From Hormoscilla sp. (GTDB lineage Bacteria > Cyanobacteriota > Cyanobacteriia > Cyanobacteriales > Desertifilaceae): a stretch of DNA of 64,000 bases. Under the pieces are notes generated by a model. The model saw only the letters and a list, made by a program, of their open reading frames with translations. It did not search any database and was not told the origin of the DNA. The DNA lies in the NCBI GenBank assembly GCA_051439505.1, contig JBFRWI010000228.1:32001-96000 (forward strand), in the 5' to 3' direction. Shown one piece after another: positions 58,022-64,000 of the stretch; the stretch's first letter is position 1, and the number at the start of each line of letters is the position of its first letter. A program made the position numbers and the translations under genes.

Positions 58022-59518
58022 ATGACTATCAAGCGGTTGATTTTAGGTGCCCTGACGGTTTTGGCTCTGGCCCTAATTGGTCTGTCTCTGTACAGTAGCT
58101 GGAGTCAGCCTCAGTTTCAAGGTCGTCTGGAACTCTACGAAACTAATCTCTTTCTCCAGGCCAGCGAGTGGGAGGGTGGTTCCAACGGTGGGCGCGAGAG
58201 GTCTGTACGTGAGATCCTGCTAGGGGAAGGCGTGATTGAAACTGCCTTACAACAGTATCAAGATGCCCGATCGCAGGCCCAGTCCTTACTAGACCAACTC
58301 CAGATGCAACTCCCCCAGTCTGTGGACCCCAGCATCCCCGGGCGAATATCTCAGTTGGACAATGAGATCGATATTTTAGATCTGCACATCGGCATTTTAC
58401 AGGTAGCTACTGACCAAGCGGAGGCTGCAATAGATACCTGGGAGAATTTAATCTCCGATCCAGAGTCAAGCTTGTTTAATACTGCTATCCTTTTAGAGGG
58501 ACTTTGGAGCGATCGTCCTGACTTCCCCACTGATGCTGAGATCCAAATTAACGAACAGTTGGACGGATGGTTCCGCTATCGAGCTTCGGAGCGACTTTAT
58601 CAATTACAGCGCAGCCAGGACGCCCTTGCTGCGCTGTCCACAACGGAACAAGAGGTTGCCCAGGAAGCTTTTTTCAAGTTAGTGCTAGCTAGCGGTATTC
58701 AGACTCTAGGCGCAGTCTTGGGGACAGGATTGTTAATTTTTCTCGGAGTCCAGCGACTGCTGAAAGGTAAAGAATCTCTCTGGACTCAGAATGTAGATCT
58801 TTCCTGGTCCCCCCCTTGGGATATCGAGACGATTTTGCAGGTACTTGTGGTCGGGTTTTTCTTTGTCGGCCAAATTTTCATTCCCCTGATCTTGCAGTCC
58901 CTGAACATCGACCTATCTGCTGCTAGTCCGACGACGAAGGCTTTTTATATTCTGGTCAATTATCTGTTACTTGCCTTTGGGGGGGTGTTAGTATTAGTGC
59001 TATCTGTCAAGCCTTTTTTGCCCTTGCCCAGCCCTTGGTTTCGCTTTGATTGGCTAAAATATCAATGGTTAGCATGGGGACTGGGTGGCTTTATCGCTGC
59101 CATGCCTTTGGTGATTGCCGTATCTTTAATTAATCAGCAGTTCTGGCAGGGACAGGGGGGCAGTAATCCGATTTTGCCCATCGCTTTGGAGGGCCGCGAA
59201 CCATTGGCGATCGCCCTTTTCTTCTTGACTGGTTCGGTTGCTGCACCGATATTTGAGGAAATCATCTTCCGAGGGTTTCTCTTGCCTTCTTTAACTCGCT
59301 ATTTTCCCCTTTGGGGGGCGATCGCATTTTCTAGCCTCTTGTTTGCTGTTGCCCACATGAGTCTTTCGGAAGTCTTGCCCCTGATGACTTTGGGCATGGT
59401 CCTGGGGTTCGTTTATACCCGATCGGGCAATCTCCTCGCTCCCATTTTACTCCACAGTCTCTGGAATGGCAGTACCCTATTCACTCTCTTCCTCCTCGGC
59501 AGTGGTGCCAATGGTTAA
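58022..59518 (+). CDS. CPBP (CAAX/Abi) intramembrane metalloprotease
   Basis: APIFEEIIFRG, FAVAH, LLHSLWN. Confidence 0.93.
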   Translation: MTIKRLILGALTVLALALIGLSLYSSWSQPQFQGRLELYETNLFLQASEWEGGSNGGRERSVREILLGEGVIETALQQYQDARSQAQSLLDQLQMQLPQSVDPSIPGRISQLDNEIDILDLHIGILQVATDQAEAAIDTWENLISDPESSLFNTAILLEGLWSDRPDFPTDAEIQINEQLDGWFRYRASERLYQLQRSQDALAALSTTEQEVAQEAFFKLVLASGIQTLGAVLGTGLLIFLGVQRLLKGKESLWTQNVDLSWSPPWDIETILQVLVVGFFFVGQIFIPLILQSLNIDLSAASPTTKAFYILVNYLLLAFGGVLVLVLSVKPFLPLPSPWFRFDWLKYQWLAWGLGGFIAAMPLVIAVSLINQQFWQGQGGSNPILPIALEGREPLAIALFFLTGSVAAPIFEEIIFRGFLLPSLTRYFPLWGAIAFSSLLFAVAHMSLSEVLPLMTLGMVLGFVYTRSGNLLAPILLHSLWNGSTLFTLFLLGSGANG

Positions 59519-59586
59519 TTGCTAATTGCTAATTGCTAATTGCTAATGGTTAATGGTTAATCGCTCATTCCATTAACCATTAACCA

Positions 59587-60297
59587 TTAATTGTCCGACT
59601 CTGGCAATTCACCAAAGCGTTGACGATAGCGTTCAACTATCTCAGCTAATGATGCTGCTTGCTGTTGGGCCTGTTGAGCGATTTCTTCTGATGTCTGGTA
59701 CCGAGTGCCGTTTTGGTCATACCAGCATAGCACCTCCCGCCAGATACCGCCTAGAGATGCGATCGCCCTTCCAATGCCTAAACCTATTTCCGGCATCCAG
59801 AATGGTTCTCCTATTTGCGGCACGTACCCCCCATTTACTAAGCGATATACCACAAACGGTTGTTGTCTATCTCGTTGCCAATACTCCGGGTTGTACACGA
59901 CATAGTATAGCACTCCCAGTCGGGAATATATATTCATTTTGCGATCGTATTCTCCTCCATAAGTACGAGAAACAATCTCCAGCACCAATATTGGTACTAC
60001 ACCATTTTCTTCCCAGACCACATAGCTGGAACGCGAACCATTGTTCTTTCTCCGTTCCACGCCTAAACTCAGAAAGCCATCTGGCACAGCTGGGACTAAC
60101 GCACTCACGCCCGTCGTATGATAGACGGCCATATCCACGCCCCAAAACCAGTCCTGGCGATCGGGCCAGATAAACGCCAGTAAGAATAGCAGGAAATTGG
60201 GAATATAATTTTGCTCTTCGTTATCCACGGGGGTATCATCCGAACAAGGTAACTCCTCGCTAGTTGGTAAATCTAGCTTCTCCGATAATTGTACCAT
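59587..60297 (-). CDS. Uma2-family protein
   Basis: LPCSDDTPVDNEEQ, VPDGFLSLGV, SYVVWEE, VLEIVS. Confidence 0.88.
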   Translation of the reverse strand: MVQLSEKLDLPTSEELPCSDDTPVDNEEQNYIPNFLLFLLAFIWPDRQDWFWGVDMAVYHTTGVSALVPAVPDGFLSLGVERRKNNGSRSSYVVWEENGVVPILVLEIVSRTYGGEYDRKMNIYSRLGVLYYVVYNPEYWQRDRQQPFVVYRLVNGGYVPQIGEPFWMPEIGLGIGRAIASLGGIWREVLCWYDQNGTRYQTSEEIAQQAQQQAASLAEIVERYRQRFGELPESDN

Positions 60298-60390
60298 TTC
60301 TTACTCTCCTCATCTTTGGTGATGCTAATGGTTAATTGCTATAATTATTAACAATTAACCAGATCGCTCAACGTCCCAGGCCCCATGACA

Positions 60391-61032
60391 TCATAAATTG
60401 GTGCTTTCCACACCAATTATATCGTCATAGGCCGCAACTATTGCACAGGAAGATAAAGGAACCGTTACCAATAGTCCTAGTCCTAGCAGCAGCGCTCCGC
60501 CTAGGTTAATTAATCCCAATACTAGACCAAAACCAAAAATTGAGAACCATCGCTTAGTGACGATTTTGCGACTTGTCTCCATCGCTGGCCAAAAATCCAT
60601 TTTTCTGTCCAATATGAGGTGAATTGTGAAGAAATAGGAGACGGCCAGATAAATTCCCGGAATGATTAGTAATATCATCCCCAGAGCTGATATAATGGAC
60701 ATGGCGACATTTGCTAACACCAAGGGTCCCAAATATTGAAAACCCTTGAAAAAGTCTCCGATAACCGTTTTCTGTCTTTTGACGATCTGCAATGCAGCAA
60801 TTGTAAACCCTGCACTTAGGGGAGCCGAAATCAAGAAGTTTACCGGAGCGCCTATTCGCTCGTCAACTTGACCTAGGGCTATCCAGATAATTATCCAGAT
60901 GACATAAAACCCAACAAACAGACCCAGTTTCTGCTGACATATTTTCCAACCCTCATCTAGATATTCTCCATTTTTTACCGTATAGCCTTCGCTAATTACG
61001 GTTTCCAGGTTTTTGGGAATGTTCTGTGACAT
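60391..61032 (-). CDS. Integral membrane protein (DUF975/DUF2189-like)
   Basis: DFFKGF, LLIIPGIYL, AMETSRK, GLLVTVP. Confidence 0.8.
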   Translation of the reverse strand: MSQNIPKNLETVISEGYTVKNGEYLDEGWKICQQKLGLFVGFYVIWIIIWIALGQVDERIGAPVNFLISAPLSAGFTIAALQIVKRQKTVIGDFFKGFQYLGPLVLANVAMSIISALGMILLIIPGIYLAVSYFFTIHLILDRKMDFWPAMETSRKIVTKRWFSIFGFGLVLGLINLGGALLLGLGLLVTVPLSSCAIVAAYDDIIGVESTNL

Positions 61033-61294
61033 GATTTTTGCTCCTCAACAACTGTTAGCATCTGCTCCCGTCTGTCCGAACCAGCACGGCCATGAGCCAC
61101 TTTTTCAGAATATCATATAATTTCGCTAATCCGACAGTAATAGATAAGTCAGCTCATATCAGGTTATGGTAACTCACCACCACACGATCGTCAACAAAAA
61201 GTCAGTAAAATTAAAAGAACATAAAGTTTTGATAATTTCGGATCGAGTAGGATAAAATAGGAAAAAGTCATTTATTGCTATCCCATTCAGTTAT

Positions 61295-63646
61295 ATGCAA
61301 GTGGTTTCCCAAGCAGCAGCAGTAAGCGCCAACCCCGCCCCACCACTCCAGACAATAACTCTGGATGTTGGGGGCATGAAATGTGCAGGTTGCGTGCAGG
61401 TAGTGGAAAAGCAGCTAACCAAATACCCAGGCGTGGTTTCCGCTTGTGTAAATCTGGTAACAGCTGTGGCAGCAGTCGAATGTGAAGCAAATTCGGTCGA
61501 TCGCACGGCCCTGGCAGCGCAGTTGACAAAGGCGGGTTTTCCCAGTCAACCCCGTTCTCGGAACCAACTCGAACCCCAGGATGACCAGCAGCAGCGGCAA
61601 GAAATTCGCTCTTCAATCAAGAATCTAGTAATTGCTGGCCTGCTAATTATCCTCTCGGGAATGGGTCATTTCTTTGGTCATGCCTCAATTCTAAGTAATA
61701 TCTGGTTTCACTGGGGACTGGCAAGCTTGGCTTTACTGCTGCCCGGACGCGCCATATTAATAGATGGCTGGCGGGGACTCTGGCAAAATGCCCCCAATAT
61801 GAATACCCTCGTGGGTTTGGGTACTCTATCTGCTTACATGGCTAGCTGTATAGCCTTGCTATTCCCCCAACTGGGTTGGGAATGCTTCTTTGATGAACCG
61901 GTGATGCTGCTGGGTTTCATTCTCCTGGGACGTACCCTGGAACAGCAGGCGAAAACTCAGGCCGCAGTTTCCTTAAAATCCTTGCTAGCACTCAGGCCGA
62001 AAATGGCACATCTGATTCCTCGGGAAACTGATGAAATGGAAAAATCCCTAGACATTCCCGCCTTTGATGTGAAAGTAGGCGAGTATTTGCGGGTGTTGCC
62101 AGGAGAAAACATTCCTGTAGATGGGTTAGTAGTGGCGGGAGAGACGGCAATAGATGAGTCAATGCTCACCGGAGAACCGGTGCCAGTGGGGAAAGGACCG
62201 GGAAATGCAGTGGCAGCGGGAACTGTAAACCAGTCGGGAGTGATTGCCATCCAAGCTACCCGTACTGGCCAGGATACCACCGTGGCTCGGATTATCGCCC
62301 TGGTAGAAGAGGCCCAAACTAGAAAGGCCCCCGTGCAGAAGTTGGCAGATACGGTAGCTGGATACTTTGCCTATGGGGTGATGGCAGTGGCAGCACTGAC
62401 TTTCGGGTTCTGGTATTTGGTGGGAACTCAGATCTGGCCTCACGTCCTGATGCCCATAATGGGACATCACCAGATGATTCATCAAACTCCCCTATTGTTG
62501 AGCTTAAAACTGGCGATCGCGGTTTTGGTGGTGGCCTGTCCCTGTGCTTTAGGACTGGCAACCCCGACAGCGATCCTGGTGGGTACTGGCCTGGGGGCCC
62601 AACGGGGCATTTTAATTAAGGGCGGTGACGTGCTGGAACTGGTTCATAAGCTGGATCTGGTGGCGTTCGATAAAACTGGTACCCTCACTACTGGAAAGCC
62701 TACTGTCACAGATTGTCTACCTATTGGTACAGGCTACGATCGCCAATCTCTGTTACAAATGGCAGCAGCGGTAGAAACTGGCAGCAATCATCCCCTCGCT
62801 AAAGCCATTACTCAAGCGGCGTTAACCCAGGACTTGCCCATCCCCAGGGCCCAGGACTTTCACACAGTACCGGGACTGGGAGTATCGGCCCAAGTGGATG
62901 GTAACTTGGTGCTTCTGGGAACTAGAGAATGCTTGACAAAGCACGAGATTTATGCTAACCAAGAGGAAGAAATTGTCCAAGCTTGGGCAGATAAGGGTAA
63001 AACAGTAGTATATATAGCAGTAGAGGGTAAGGTAGCGGGATTGATAGCGGTAAGAGACGAACCCAGGCCAGATGCCAAAAAAACAATAGAACAGTTGCGG
63101 CAGATGGGATTAAAGGTGAAAATGCTCACAGGAGATAGAGAAAAAACAGCACGGGCGATCGCCAGTTCCATCGGCATGACCTCGGATGAGGTAATAGCAC
63201 AAGTGAGGCCAGAGGAAAAGGCAGAGGCGATCGCCCGCTGGCAAGCAGAAGGGTTGCGGGTAGCAATGGTTGCCGACGGCATCAATGACGGCCCCGCCTT
63301 GGCCTCTGCTGATGTGGGCATTGCCTTGCAGGGCGGTGCGGATGTGGCCCAAGAAACAGCAGATACGATCCTGATGCGCAATTGCCTCTGGGATGTGGTA
63401 GAATCAATCCGCCTGGGACGTGCCACCTATAACAAAATTCGCCAAAATCTATTTTGGGCCTTGGCCTATAACAGCTTGGGCATCCCGGTAGCTGCTGGCC
63501 TATTACTGCCTGGGTTGGGCATCGGACTGACGCCAGCAGCGGCGGGTGCTATGATGGCATTCAGTTCCGTCAGCGTGGTGACCAACTCCCTGCTGCTGCG
63601 TCGTGGCAGCAATAGGCAAGCTGACATTTCGGGCTCAAAATGCTAA
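61295..63646 (+). CDS. ctaA: Copper-transporting P1B-type ATPase
   Basis: LDVGGMKCAGCV, TGE, CPCALG, DKTGT, HP, YN, MAFSS. Confidence 0.92.
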   Translation: MQVVSQAAAVSANPAPPLQTITLDVGGMKCAGCVQVVEKQLTKYPGVVSACVNLVTAVAAVECEANSVDRTALAAQLTKAGFPSQPRSRNQLEPQDDQQQRQEIRSSIKNLVIAGLLIILSGMGHFFGHASILSNIWFHWGLASLALLLPGRAILIDGWRGLWQNAPNMNTLVGLGTLSAYMASCIALLFPQLGWECFFDEPVMLLGFILLGRTLEQQAKTQAAVSLKSLLALRPKMAHLIPRETDEMEKSLDIPAFDVKVGEYLRVLPGENIPVDGLVVAGETAIDESMLTGEPVPVGKGPGNAVAAGTVNQSGVIAIQATRTGQDTTVARIIALVEEAQTRKAPVQKLADTVAGYFAYGVMAVAALTFGFWYLVGTQIWPHVLMPIMGHHQMIHQTPLLLSLKLAIAVLVVACPCALGLATPTAILVGTGLGAQRGILIKGGDVLELVHKLDLVAFDKTGTLTTGKPTVTDCLPIGTGYDRQSLLQMAAAVETGSNHPLAKAITQAALTQDLPIPRAQDFHTVPGLGVSAQVDGNLVLLGTRECLTKHEIYANQEEEIVQAWADKGKTVVYIAVEGKVAGLIAVRDEPRPDAKKTIEQLRQMGLKVKMLTGDREKTARAIASSIGMTSDEVIAQVRPEEKAEAIARWQAEGLRVAMVADGINDGPALASADVGIALQGGADVAQETADTILMRNCLWDVVESIRLGRATYNKIRQNLFWALAYNSLGIPVAAGLLLPGLGIGLTPAAAGAMMAFSSVSVVTNSLLLRRGSNRQADISGSKC

Positions 63647-63738
63647 AATAACAGCATGGGGAAAAACTGTCTCGCGATCGCGAGAGAGGATGTCACCACT
63701 GTTGTTGACCTAGATAGATTCGGTAAACATCGGGGAAA

Positions 63739-64000
63739 ATGGCTTCATCAGCACAGCAAACTCATAAACTGATTATTGAAGACGACAAAGGGAAGCGGGA
63801 ATTGACGCTGGAATCCCCTGTATACTCAATTGGCAGAGATGCTCAATGTGATATCCGCCTGGTTTCTCAGTTTGTCTCCCGCCGACATGCTACTTTGGTA
63901 CGGCTTCCCCATGACGATGGCAGCTATTACTACCGGATAGTGGATGGCAACCTGAGAGGGAAAAGCAGTGCTAATGGCATCTTGATTAACAGTCGAAAAC
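63739..64000 (+). CDS. FHA domain protein, partial
   Basis: Hand translation: MASSAQQTHKLIIEDDKG...YSIGR...VSRRHATL...SANG; runs off the right edge. Confidence 0.88.
   Translation, partial: MASSAQQTHKLIIEDDKGKRELTLESPVYSIGRDAQCDIRLVSQFVSRRHATLVRLPHDDGSYYYRIVDGNLRGKSSANGILINSRK

Overview
Chromosomal window from a cyanobacterium, probably a filamentous Oscillatoriales-type. Evidence: abundant HIP1 GCGATCGC, heptamer STRRs, and chlH, ycf54, ho1 and ctaA. Positions 1-11.4 kb hold the start of a minus-strand lipopeptide NRPS assembly line (FAAL-ACP-C-A-PCP, then C-A-PCP-Cy-A running off the left edge), predicted by eye to give fatty acyl-Ala-(acidic residue?)-thiazoline. The rest is housekeeping genes (coaBC, ho1, chlH, pdxJ, ycf54, crtE, folD, mutS, pyrC, ctaA) interrupted by accessory blocks: (i) a HEPN/MNT TA pair; (ii) a stand-alone 754-aa DGQHR/DndB-like gene followed by a phased 21-bp palindromic array; (iii) a ~6-kb single-orientation array of small TA-type genes and gene stubs, in which a ~40-bp leader recurs three times and a 19-bp direct repeat brackets most of the block; (iv) an AAA-ATPase/Uma2/CoiA block; (v) a two-gene islet bracketed by a duplicated, decayed mutS 3' end. 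There are several pseudogenes and many REP/MITE-like repeats. No rRNA, tRNA, CRISPR array, integrase or transposase was recognised. All calls come from reading motifs by eye; no database searches were run.
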